Positions 9,503 to 18,900 of a DNA stretch of 37,155 nucleotides are shown here, piece by piece; positions within the stretch are counted from its first letter, which is position 1; every line of letters starts with the position of its first letter. The stretch is from an uncultured bacterium (GTDB lineage: Bacteria; B130-G9), in NCBI GenBank assembly GCA_965372715.1, contig CBDVDH010000039.1, positions 1 through 37,155 on the forward strand. Direction: 5' to 3'. The notes under the pieces are model-generated. The model made no database searches. It was given only the letters and a program-made list of their open reading frames with translations, and had not been told where the DNA came from. The position numbers and the translations under genes are program-made.

Positions 9503-10576
9503 GTGAGAAGCGAGACGCTAACCGCAATGTCGGACCGTTCCGGCGATTTTCTCAAAGACATACTCAAGGGAGAGGCTGCGTTTCCTACTTTCAGCAATGA
9601 GCTAAACACAGTATTAAGCGGGGGGTTGTTTCCGGGCAAGCTTTACACGATCGAGGGCCCACCGGACGGGACCAAGTCGGCTCTTGCGATCCAGTTGGCT
9701 GACGGCTTGGCTCAGGGCCATAACGTTCCGGTGCTTTATATTTCTTCGACGCTCTCGGCGAAGGAGGTTTACATTTGCAGCATAGCAAGGCTCGCGAGGG
9801 TGCACTCAGGAGAGATTGAGGCTCGGGCGTGGCAGATGAAGCATTGGATCGATGATCATGGCCGGGAGGCTGTTGCGAGAGTGAAGAGCCGGATCAAGGA
9901 TGCGGACGAGATATACAGTAAGTTTGCCAAGCAGATACTGCTGGTCGAGGTTCCCGCGGAGGGAGGGATGCATATCTCCGAAGTCAAGCAGCGCCTTGAG
10001 GAGGCTCGAGAGTATTTCAGGGCCAAGAGCGAGCTTGCGGAACCTCCGACAACGCTTGTCGTGATCGACACGCTTCGGGGTCTCCGCTATGGGGCGGATG
10101 TCGCGGGATCGGCTGAGCCGACGCAGGCCGAAGTAGTCCAGATGCTTAAGGAGTTAAGGGATATTGCGCACACTTCCAGCTGCCCAATCGTCGCGTTAAT
10201 TGACGGAGCCGCGTTCGGCCGGTTGTATATGAAGTATGGGATGCTGCCATCTTCGCTCGGGCACGAATTGGGCTTTTCGGCGTATCACGCTGATACGACG
10301 ATTCTCGCTGAGACAGACGACACTCTCCTAAATGATGCTATTCAAGAGCTCTATGACCGTGGCCAGGATAGAGATGCCTCCAAGCTGGAGGAGGCGCGAT
10401 CGAGGTTTCCGCTGAGTAACCCGAAGATAGCCCCATTCTTCCCAACTTACGCGAGGTTGATGTTGTCAACTCGCGGGACCGGCGCTGTCAGAAACGTCTA
10501 TTTCATCTATTTGAAGGCGGTTGGCGACTTCCGTGACTTGGCCGTCAAGCGAGAGGTTACTAAGGTTTATGAGTAG
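9503..10576 (+). CDS. DnaB C-terminal/RecA-fold ATPase-like protein with degenerate motifs
   Basis: PTFSNELNTVLSGGLFPGKLYTIEGPPDGTKSALA, PVLYIS, LVVIDTL, LKELRDIA...CPIVAL follow the DnaB helicase-domain layout. Confidence 0.7.
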   Translation: MRSETLTAMSDRSGDFLKDILKGEAAFPTFSNELNTVLSGGLFPGKLYTIEGPPDGTKSALAIQLADGLAQGHNVPVLYISSTLSAKEVYICSIARLARVHSGEIEARAWQMKHWIDDHGREAVARVKSRIKDADEIYSKFAKQILLVEVPAEGGMHISEVKQRLEEAREYFRAKSELAEPPTTLVVIDTLRGLRYGADVAGSAEPTQAEVVQMLKELRDIAHTSSCPIVALIDGAAFGRLYMKYGMLPSSLGHELGFSAYHADTTILAETDDTLLNDAIQELYDRGQDRDASKLEEARSRFPLSNPKIAPFFPTYARLMLSTRGTGAVRNVYFIYLKAVGDFRDLAVKREVTKVYE

Positions 10577-10612
10577 TCAAGACTCAATACTCCTGGCGTG
10601 TGAGGAAGTAGT

Positions 10613-11656
10613 ATGATCGTTGTTGTTACAGGCGGGGCCGGGTTCGTTGGGAGTCATATCGCCGAGCATTACGCCAAGTTAGGCCATTCCGTGCGGGTTA
10701 TCGACAACCTCTCGCGGGCCAGGTTGCTCGGCAGAGACGACGTCACATTCGATTTCAATTGGCGATACCTCTCAGGAATAGACAACGTCAAGCTAATAAG
10801 GGGTGACGTTAGGGAACTTGATGTTTTGTGCCCGCTCGTGGAAGATGCTGACGTCGTTTTCCACACCGCGGCTCAAACTGCCGTAACGACCTCGCTTGAG
10901 AATCCCGTGCCGGACTTCACGACAAATGCGCTCGGCACTTTCAACGTGCTCGAGGCGGTCAGGCGCTCGCCGAAGAAACCGGCTGTGATCTACTGTTCCA
11001 CCAACAAGGTCTATGGCGACAACGTGAATCGACTAGGGACGGTCGAGAGAGAGGACCGATACGAGTTTCCGGATGATTTCCGGCTGGGGATTCCCGAGAC
11101 GTTCTCCATCGACTTGTGCGGGCACACACCTTACGGCTGCTCCAAGCTGACCGGGGATATTTATATGCAGGACTACGCCGAGACGTTCGGGCTCAAGGCC
11201 GGCGTCTTCAGGATGTCCTGCATCTATGGAACGCGCCAGTTCGGGCTCGAGGACCAGGGCTGGTTGGCTTGGTTCGGCATAGCGACCCTGCTTGAGAAAC
11301 CGATCAGGATCGACGGCGACGGGAAACAGGTTCGGGATGTGCTCTACGTCACCGACCTCGTCGAGGTGTTCGACAAGTTCCTGAGAAGCGATCTCAGGCA
11401 CGTGGTTGTGAACGTTGGTGGTGGGCCCAGAAATGCGGTCCCGATCATGCGCGTCATCGAGCTGCTCCATGAGATGACGGGCAAGAAAAGCCCCATCTCT
11501 TATGCCGGCTGGCGTCCTAGCGACCAGAAGGTGTTCATCTCAGATATCCGCAAGGCCAAGGAGCTTCTGGATTGGGAACCGAGGACCTCTGTTGAAGAGG
11601 GTCTTGGGAAGATGGTTGAGTGGATTAAGGCTCACAAGGACGTTTTTGCCTCGTAA
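10613..11656 (+). CDS. NAD-dependent epimerase, CDP-paratose 2-epimerase (RfbE)-like
   Basis: TGGAGFVGS, STNKVYGD, YGCSK, FRMSCIYGTRQFGLEDQGW, GDGKQVRDVL. Confidence 0.88.
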   Translation: MIVVVTGGAGFVGSHIAEHYAKLGHSVRVIDNLSRARLLGRDDVTFDFNWRYLSGIDNVKLIRGDVRELDVLCPLVEDADVVFHTAAQTAVTTSLENPVPDFTTNALGTFNVLEAVRRSPKKPAVIYCSTNKVYGDNVNRLGTVEREDRYEFPDDFRLGIPETFSIDLCGHTPYGCSKLTGDIYMQDYAETFGLKAGVFRMSCIYGTRQFGLEDQGWLAWFGIATLLEKPIRIDGDGKQVRDVLYVTDLVEVFDKFLRSDLRHVVVNVGGGPRNAVPIMRVIELLHEMTGKKSPISYAGWRPSDQKVFISDIRKAKELLDWEPRTSVEEGLGKMVEWIKAHKDVFAS

Positions 11657-11685
11657 CAACTCGCGACTTGGGATGAGAAACGACA

Positions 11686-11988
11686 ATGCCTCGTTCGTGC
11701 GACAGGTGTGGTGTAAGGCTCGATAGCGAGGACGGCACATACCACGTTGAGATAAGAGTCTTTGCTGGCGTCTCGGACACGCTGCCGTGTGGCTCGCCGG
11801 AGGAGATTGAGGCCGAGATAGACGAGCTTATCGAGAGGCTCGAAGGGCTGGACTCTGACCTGATAGAAAGGGATGTTCATCTGGAGATGTCCTTGGTCCT
11901 TTGCAGGCGCTGCAAAGAGGTCTTTGCCGCAAATCCCTTGAACCTCCCAATCGATTCGAGAGGCGGCGCGATGCCCAATTCAGTTTGA
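11686..11988 (+). CDS. Small acidic zinc-finger-like hypothetical protein
   Basis: CDRC near the N-terminus and CRRC near the C-terminus bracketing an acidic helix; fits the operon gap. Confidence 0.7.
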   Translation: MPRSCDRCGVRLDSEDGTYHVEIRVFAGVSDTLPCGSPEEIEAEIDELIERLEGLDSDLIERDVHLEMSLVLCRRCKEVFAANPLNLPIDSRGGAMPNSV

Positions 11989-12081
11989 CAGTGTTCGGGA
12001 CGATACCTCAGCTACTGTTCCGGGGCACGGCACCCGAGTCCTCCGGGCAACGGCGTGTATTCTGCCAGAGGCGCTGACTCT

Positions 12082-13665
12082 ATGAGCGGTCACAAGAGAG
12101 TGCAATTGGGAAAGCTTTCTGCGTCTTATGAGCTGTTTGCCTTGGGTTATTCGGGGAAAGGCCCTTCCGAACTCGAATCAGCGCTCGTCGCCATTCTTGC
12201 GGATTTGCTTAAGGCGCCGGCCTCGTGGCTGTTGGTTCCGGCCGAGGACGGCCTTACGTTAGGGCCAGTCCACGGGATAGCTTCCTCGCTCGTGAAGGAG
12301 CGGATCGCTCGCAAGGAGCTCGGGGCAAAGAGATTCAAACAGCTCACGCAGGAGTGCTCGGCACAGATTGCCCGGCAAGTGGGGCTCTTCGTGCAGGAGA
12401 GATGGGCCAAAACGAAGGATATCTCGCGAATACTACTCTTGCCGCTGGTCTTCAAAGGCGACACCCTGGGCGTGGTTTGCGTGCCACTTGCTCGAGGCTG
12501 CCGGGCGCCCGACGCAAAATCTTGTAAGACGCTTCAGGCGAATGCGGCCGCCGTGCTAAGCCGTGCCAGGAGCATTGAGACGATCGAGTCGGAGGCGGCG
12601 GCGAACCAACGGTCCGCCCGAAGAGCAAACGAACTCGTCCAGTTTGCAAGGGCAATAGACTTAACCGACGTTGAGCTAATTTGGGATAGGGCAATCGAGT
12701 ATTTGCCGAGGATGTTCTCAGCCGGGCTGGTCTCCATATTCTTGTACGGCAAAACTGAGAATAAGCTCGTTCTGAAGCGAGGATACAACCAGGATTTCGA
12801 GGGCGCGGTTGAGGTTGACCTGGACAGTCAGGAGGGTGGCGGACTCATGGCCACCGCGATCAGACATGGCGCTCCCTGGCTCAGCCATGATGTTCGGGGC
12901 CACAAGGCAAGGCGGAATGGACCGAAATACCGCTCGGATTCCTGTTTGATTATCCCCCTCAAAGAGAGCAGCAAGGAGCACAAGCTGATTGGCGTCGTCA
13001 ATTTTGCGAACCCGACACGTGATTCGGGATTTCATGCGACCGACCTCGACTCTGCGGCCATCGTTGGGGAGCTGCTTGGGACGAAGATATCAAACGCGCT
13101 CATGTGGGCCGAGCTCCAGAAGTTGGCAATCACCGACAGCCTCACGGGCCTGTTTGTTCACGGGTTCTTCAAGGAGTCGCTTGAGCGCGAACTGACGCGG
13201 GCGGAGCGCTTCAGCAAGCCGCTGTCCTTGCTGATGATAGATGTTGACCTCTTCAAGCAGATCAACGATCTCTTCGGCCATCCAGCGGGAGATACGGCTC
13301 TGGTCGCGATTGCGAGCGTCTTGATGGACAGCGTCAGGGATAGCGTTGACGTGGTCGCAAGATACGGCGGCGAGGAGTTCGCCATTATCCTGCTTGAGAC
13401 CAAGAAGCAAAGCGCGAAGGAAGTGGCCGACCGCGTCCGGCAGCAAGTGGCGAAACGCCCGCTGCTTTATTACGTCGAGGGTGAGAGCAAGAGAAAAATC
13501 GTTTCTAAAGAGACCGAAGGCGCAAGGCCCTTTCACGCGACGATCAGCATTGGCATAGCATCGTTTCCAGCGGACGCCAAGAGTCTGGAGCGATTAATCG
13601 ATTTGGCCGACGCAGCGCTCTACGAAGGCAAGTCGGTCGGCGGCAACAAAGTGGTGCTCGCCTGA
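12082..13665 (+). CDS. Diguanylate cyclase with GAF domain(s)
   Basis: AITDSLTGL, MIDVDLFKQINDLFGHPAGD, ARYGGEEF, ADAALYEGK; GAF signature SCLIIPL...IGVVNFAN; ATG 12082 preferred (ORF is open from 12055). Confidence 0.92.
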   Translation: MSGHKRVQLGKLSASYELFALGYSGKGPSELESALVAILADLLKAPASWLLVPAEDGLTLGPVHGIASSLVKERIARKELGAKRFKQLTQECSAQIARQVGLFVQERWAKTKDISRILLLPLVFKGDTLGVVCVPLARGCRAPDAKSCKTLQANAAAVLSRARSIETIESEAAANQRSARRANELVQFARAIDLTDVELIWDRAIEYLPRMFSAGLVSIFLYGKTENKLVLKRGYNQDFEGAVEVDLDSQEGGGLMATAIRHGAPWLSHDVRGHKARRNGPKYRSDSCLIIPLKESSKEHKLIGVVNFANPTRDSGFHATDLDSAAIVGELLGTKISNALMWAELQKLAITDSLTGLFVHGFFKESLERELTRAERFSKPLSLLMIDVDLFKQINDLFGHPAGDTALVAIASVLMDSVRDSVDVVARYGGEEFAIILLETKKQSAKEVADRVRQQVAKRPLLYYVEGESKRKIVSKETEGARPFHATISIGIASFPADAKSLERLIDLADAALYEGKSVGGNKVVLA

Positions 13666-13695
13666 ACCGGCGGCCGGCCCTTAGCCTGCGGGGGT

Positions 13696-13719
13696 GTAGG
13701 GCGGGCTTTCTAGCCTGCC
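13696..13719 (+). repeat. GTAG-type REP hairpin
   Basis: gtagggcgggctttctagcctgcc. Confidence 0.55.
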
Positions 13720-13746
13720 AACTTCATATGAGAAAGGCCCAGAAGC

Positions 13747-14730
13747 ATGACAAGAAATATGCGAGCAATAGGTCTTTTCTCGGGCGGGCTGGACAGCACA
13801 CTGGCAGTTGAGGCCGTTCGTCGGGCGGGGGTCGAGGTGATTGCCATCTCATTCTTCTCCCCGTTCTTTGGGTCTTCTCGCGCCGAAAAGGCCGCAGAAC
13901 AGCTGGGGATTACACTCCTGACTTTCGACATCACCGAGGAATTCCTGGCAATGCTGCCGCGTCCGAGATACGGCTACGGTAAGAACATGAATCCGTGCAT
14001 CGACTGCAAGGCGCTCATGTTCGGCCGCGCCGGGAAGCTCATGGATGAACTCAAAGTTGATTTCATCTTCTCGGGCGAGGTCCTCGGTCAAAGGCCCATG
14101 TCCCAGAATAAGCAATCGCTCCACATCGTCGCAAAGGTGTCAGGCTATGAGGACTACATTCTAAGACCGCTTTCGGCTAAACTCCTGCCGCAGCCGCTTG
14201 TGCTCAGGGAGGGGAAACTCGATGTGAATAGGCTCTACGACATCATGGGCAGAGGGAGAAAACGGCAGATGCAGCTCGCCGAGGAGTTTGGCGTCACAAG
14301 CTACCCAACGCCCGCCGGCGGATGCAAGCTTACCGAGCCAGCCTTTGCGCGCCGCTTGAGACGTCTTTATGAGACTGAACCAAAACCGTCCGTGCGGCTC
14401 ATCGAGCTTCTCAAACTCGGGAGACACCTGCGCCTCAGCAAAACCGCCACGCTCGTGGTCGGGAGAACCGAGGCCGAAAACGAGGCGATTGAGCGTTCGG
14501 CAATTGAAACTGACGCTATCTTAACTGTTGTCGGCTATATGGGGCCAACAGGGCTTCTGAGTGTCCGCTGTACCCATGACGAGATTCGACAAGCGGCAGC
14601 CGTTGTGGCGAGATACAGCGATGCGCCTCGGCTGGAGGAAGTCAAGGTCGAGGTGATTCAGGCGGGACGGCACGAAGAAGTGCTCGTCATCCCCATCGAC
14701 CCTGACGAGGTTCACGGGTTGCTGGTTTGA
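13747..14730 (+). CDS. ThiI/MnmA-like PP-loop tRNA sulfurtransferase-like protein with C-terminal RNA-binding (DUF814/NFACT-R-like) domain
   Basis: SGGLDS PP-loop, NPCIDCK, GEVLGQRPMSQ, LRPLSAKLL, PAGGCKLT, LKLGRHLR..VVGR. Confidence 0.82.
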   Translation: MTRNMRAIGLFSGGLDSTLAVEAVRRAGVEVIAISFFSPFFGSSRAEKAAEQLGITLLTFDITEEFLAMLPRPRYGYGKNMNPCIDCKALMFGRAGKLMDELKVDFIFSGEVLGQRPMSQNKQSLHIVAKVSGYEDYILRPLSAKLLPQPLVLREGKLDVNRLYDIMGRGRKRQMQLAEEFGVTSYPTPAGGCKLTEPAFARRLRRLYETEPKPSVRLIELLKLGRHLRLSKTATLVVGRTEAENEAIERSAIETDAILTVVGYMGPTGLLSVRCTHDEIRQAAAVVARYSDAPRLEEVKVEVIQAGRHEEVLVIPIDPDEVHGLLV

Positions 14731-15737
14731 TCGAAGGCTGTGCAGGTCCATCTCCAGCGGCCCACCTGATGAGGATGACTCATACCGGGAACTCCGAAGA
14801 ACGCCTGAATCGCGTTGAACGCGCTTTGGACAACCTGAGCGAGAACCCGCGTTCCTGCAAATTGTGTCCAAGGTCATGCGGCGTCGATCGAGCGGTGGGC
14901 GAACGCGGCTTCTGTCGCGCCGGTACGCTCGCAAAGGTCTTCCGCTTTGCGCCTCATCCAGGCGAGGAGCCACCGATCAGCGGCGCCAAAGGCTCCGGGA
15001 CGGTCTTCTTCTCACACTGCACGATGAAGTGCGCCTATTGCCAGAATTACCGCTTCAGCCAACTTGACGAAGGCAAGGAGATGAACACGCATGAGCTTTG
15101 CGGCGTCTTCCTCTCGCTCCAGGCCGCCGGCTGCCACAACGTAAACCTTGTTACGCCGACACACTTCTTGCCCCAGATACTCGAGGCCCTGAGGCTCGCT
15201 TTGAGCGCCGGTTTCGACCTGCCAATCGTCTATAACACGAGCTCATACGAGACAGCCGATACGATTGCGGCGCTCGAAGGCGTGGTTGATATCTATCTCG
15301 CCGATCTTCGCTACGCTGACAGCAGGCTGGCCGGCGAATACTCGGAGGCGCCGGATTACGTTGCTCGGTCTCAGGAAGCGCTGAGGGCGATGTGGCGTCA
15401 GGTGGGGCCGCTCGTCCTCGACAAAAACGACACCGCTGAAAAGGGCCTTATTGTTCGACATCTCGCTCTTCCGGGCCATCTGGATGATACGAGGCGCGTG
15501 CTCGAATGGATTGCCGCGAACATCTCGACCGACGTGGCCGTCAGCCTGATGGGGCAATACCGCCCAGCGCACAAGGCTGTCCGGCATCCTACGTTGGGCG
15601 TGTGTCTCTCCCCGGCGGAGTATGACGAGGCACTCAAGTTCGCGCAGTCGCTGGATTTCGAGACCCTCTTCACCCAGCCGCCAGATTCGGGCTTCCCAGA
15701 CGACCTCTTCGGCGAGCGCATGCGCGGCGATTGGTAA
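14727..15737 (+). CDS. Radical SAM protein, PflX-like (PFL-activating-enzyme-related)
   Basis: CKLCPRSCGVDR...FC, HPGEEPPISG..GSGTVFFSHCTMKCAYCQN, NVNLVTPTH; true start may be ATG 14769 or 14775. Confidence 0.88.
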   Translation: MIEGCAGPSPAAHLMRMTHTGNSEERLNRVERALDNLSENPRSCKLCPRSCGVDRAVGERGFCRAGTLAKVFRFAPHPGEEPPISGAKGSGTVFFSHCTMKCAYCQNYRFSQLDEGKEMNTHELCGVFLSLQAAGCHNVNLVTPTHFLPQILEALRLALSAGFDLPIVYNTSSYETADTIAALEGVVDIYLADLRYADSRLAGEYSEAPDYVARSQEALRAMWRQVGPLVLDKNDTAEKGLIVRHLALPGHLDDTRRVLEWIAANISTDVAVSLMGQYRPAHKAVRHPTLGVCLSPAEYDEALKFAQSLDFETLFTQPPDSGFPDDLFGERMRGDW

Positions 15738-15814
15738 CCGGGGATGCGTGACGTCATATGAGGGTAACCGCGCATCTACACCGATTTGCAGGAGTCAGGA
15801 AAGGCAGATCAACG

Positions 15815-15891
15815 CTTCGTGTTGCTTCGTGAACTTCGTGGATGAGATCAATAGTATAAGCGATCCACTAAGAACACGAAGGGCCACTAAG
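15815..15891. repeat. Inverted array of CTTCGTG units between convergent genes
   Basis: 15815-15843 versus reverse complement of 15863-15891: 22/29 identical by hand alignment; a related accacaaaggcacaaag follows. Confidence 0.7.
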
Positions 15892-15942
15892 TAAAAGGGC
15901 GAAACCACAAAGGCACAAAGAAGAGAGCATAACCTTTCTTCA

Positions 15943-15970
15943 ATTCGTGCTTATTCGTGTTCATTCGTGG
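15943..15970. repeat. 3x decamer ATTCGTGnnn repeat, abutting the cyclase stop codon
   Basis: attcgtgctt attcgtgttc attcgtgg. Confidence 0.75.
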
Positions 15971-18900
15971 CTACTTCTTCCTATCGATGTCGGCCAGCAG
16001 GTCCTCAGCCTTCTTGACGAAGCCTTTCAGGCCCTTCGCCTCGGCTAGCTCCTTCGCTTGGTTGGCGTAATCGGTCGTTTTGGCGAGGGCCTCGTCGCGC
16101 GAAAGGGGCGGCAGATCGCCTTGCTTCTCTCCGTCATACCAGCGCGCCATCAGGAGGTGCGCCTCAGCCAAGGCCATTCGGCAATTGACCATGTGTTCAT
16201 GATCCATGCTTCCACTTGCCGCAGATATGGCATCAGCTCCATGCTTCACCGAGACCTCCCAGTTCTTTAGTCCCGCCTCCGCACGACAAAGGATGGATAG
16301 CCGCTCGGGGTTTGGCTTTCTGTCGTCTGTAGATACCATAGTTCGGTTAGCCTCGAGAGTCAGTTTTCTCGCCTCACGCCACTCTCCCATGTCAGCTCGT
16401 ATGATGGCTTCATTGCTAAGGGACACCGCGATACACCGTTGGTCACGCAGGTCTTGCGCGATCGCCAGAGCAGCCTTGTTGCACTGAAGTGCCTCCTTAA
16501 AGTCACCACCGAGTCTGTGCACTTCTGCCAAGTTGATTGATACCTTCAATGTATTCCGGTGTTCCGACAATTCCCGACATATCGATAGGGCACGTTTGAA
16601 ATGTCGAAGTGCCTGTTGGTAATCGCCACATCGCTTGTGCAAGACGCCTATGGCGTTCAACGCACCTCCGGCGCTGGATTGCATCCCCAAATCCTGACAC
16701 ACAGAGAGCCCTTCGGTCAAACACTCAAGAGCCTGGGCGCAATCACCAAGATGCGAATACACATTCCCGACATTTATCAGAGACAATCCTATAGTGCGGA
16801 GTTCCCCAAGCTCTCGAAGAACCGACAGCGCTTCGGTCAGATACCATAGCGCCTGATCGTAGCTGTCCCTACACATATGTACAGCGCCAATGCTATTCAT
16901 TGCTGTTGCAGCGAACCAAAGCTGTTTGAGCTCCTCAAATGTCGAGAGGGCTTCTTCGAAGTACTCAAGCGCTCGCGAAAGCTCGCCTCGACTGAATTCC
17001 ACAACACCCATGGCGTGGAGTGATCTGGCTATCCAACGCTTATCTCCCAGCTCCCGACAAACAGAAAGCGCTTCACTACCGTAGTGAATTGCTTGGGCAT
17101 GCTCGTTGTGATGTCGGTGGATGTTAGCTATCTCCATCGCCGATCTTGCCTCTGTCCTCTGATCATCAACCTGACGTGCTGTAACAAGGGCTTTTTTCGC
17201 AAGAGGCATCGCGAGGTCATACTTCTCCTTGTAAACCATCAATCTGGCTTCCTCCAATTGTGCGATGTGGCCCCATAGCCCGTCTGCGAGCCGAATCAGT
17301 GCATGACAGCAGGCAATGGCTTTGTCCCATTGACCAACAACGCTCAATACCGTGATGCGAGAACGGAGCAAATCGGCCTGTTGCTCTGTCGAAAGGGGAT
17401 TATCGTCCAAATGCTTGGTTAGAAGATCATATCGGTCGAAAGCGCAACACGCCTGAGAGTTTTGGTGCTGCTTCTGCTCGTGAATTGCCCACAGCGCAGC
17501 GTGGCGCGCCGCTTCCCTGTGGTCACCGGCCACCTCATAGTACTCGGAAAGGGAGCTGTGAAACTCGTCCAGTCGGTCTTTGTAGAGCTCCTCGATCCGC
17601 ATCGCAAGAAGTTTAGATAGCTCCCTGCGCAGGCTCTCCACAAGGCGCGACGCGAGCATATCGCGGGTCAGAGAGTGCTTAAAGATATACTCAAGTTCGG
17701 GTGTGACTGCCTTCTCAAACAGCACCTCCCGTGACTGCAATGTTCTCAACGCGACCTGAATGTCCAACGAGCCGCGCAACAGGCCATGCATGTCTGAGAG
17801 GAGCCTGGAACTGAAGGACCTCCCGATGAGGGCAGCATAATATGCGATATGCTTTTCATCGCGCGTCAGGAGGTTGAATCTATCGTGAAGGATGCCCGAG
17901 AGGCTTGAAGGGAACGGCATGTCCTCAATGTCGGCCGTCAGGCACATCTTGCCATGCTCGGGCTCAAGTAAGTTTCGTTCCAGAAGCAAATGAAGGAACT
18001 CCTCCACAAACAGCGGATTGCCCTGGGAATACGCCTTCAATCTGGTGATCAGTGCCTGTTCCCATTGACCAGTGGCGAGGTAGGAGCTCAAGAGGCCAGT
18101 TTCCGCATCGCCGGACAGTGGATGAAGCTCGAGCCCTACGAATTGCGGCCCTAACCGGCCGACGAACTTGGGCTCGTATCCCGTCCTGTAAAGGAGTAGC
18201 ACCAACACCGGAAAGTCGGCAACAAATTCCGCGAGATACTCCACGAATTCCCTCGTGCCATCGTCCGCCCAGTGCATGTCCTCGAAAGCCAGGACGAGCG
18301 GACTCTCGAGCGACCAGCGCTCATAGAGCTTTCTTATGGCAACCCAGAGGTTGCCCTTGATCGCCTTCGGATCAAGCTGAGCCAGCGGATCGCCAGGATA
18401 CTTGAGGCCGAAGAGGTGGAATATGTAGGGCACATTCGCGGCATCGAATGCCCCGTCGTCATCCATTTGTGCCAATCCGTTCCGGATCGCATTGCTACTC
18501 GCCACTGCATCGAAGCCAAAAGCAGAGGCAATCTGCTCCTTAATCGGCCAATAGAGGGGAGTCCGGCCGATGCACCAGCTTCCCCCAGCGAGGAACCTAA
18601 CACCGTCGAGGCCGATTTTCTCGCGAATGTGTCGCCTGAGTTCGCGTTTCAGACGCGACTTGCCTATTCCGGCGTCGCCCGCTATACCAAAGATCTGCGA
18701 GAGCTCGCGAAACTTGCCTTCGCCAGCCTTGCAGGGCCTTGGACGGGGGTAGCAGGTCTGAAGTTTCACGAACGCGGCTGTCAGCAGGTCGAATTCCTCG
18801 TCTCGGCCAAACATGGAGGCAGTGAGGTCGGAAAAGCCTATGCGTTCTCTCGTGACAGCTTTAGGTCCCTTCAGACGAAAGACCTCTTGCGGATCAGATA

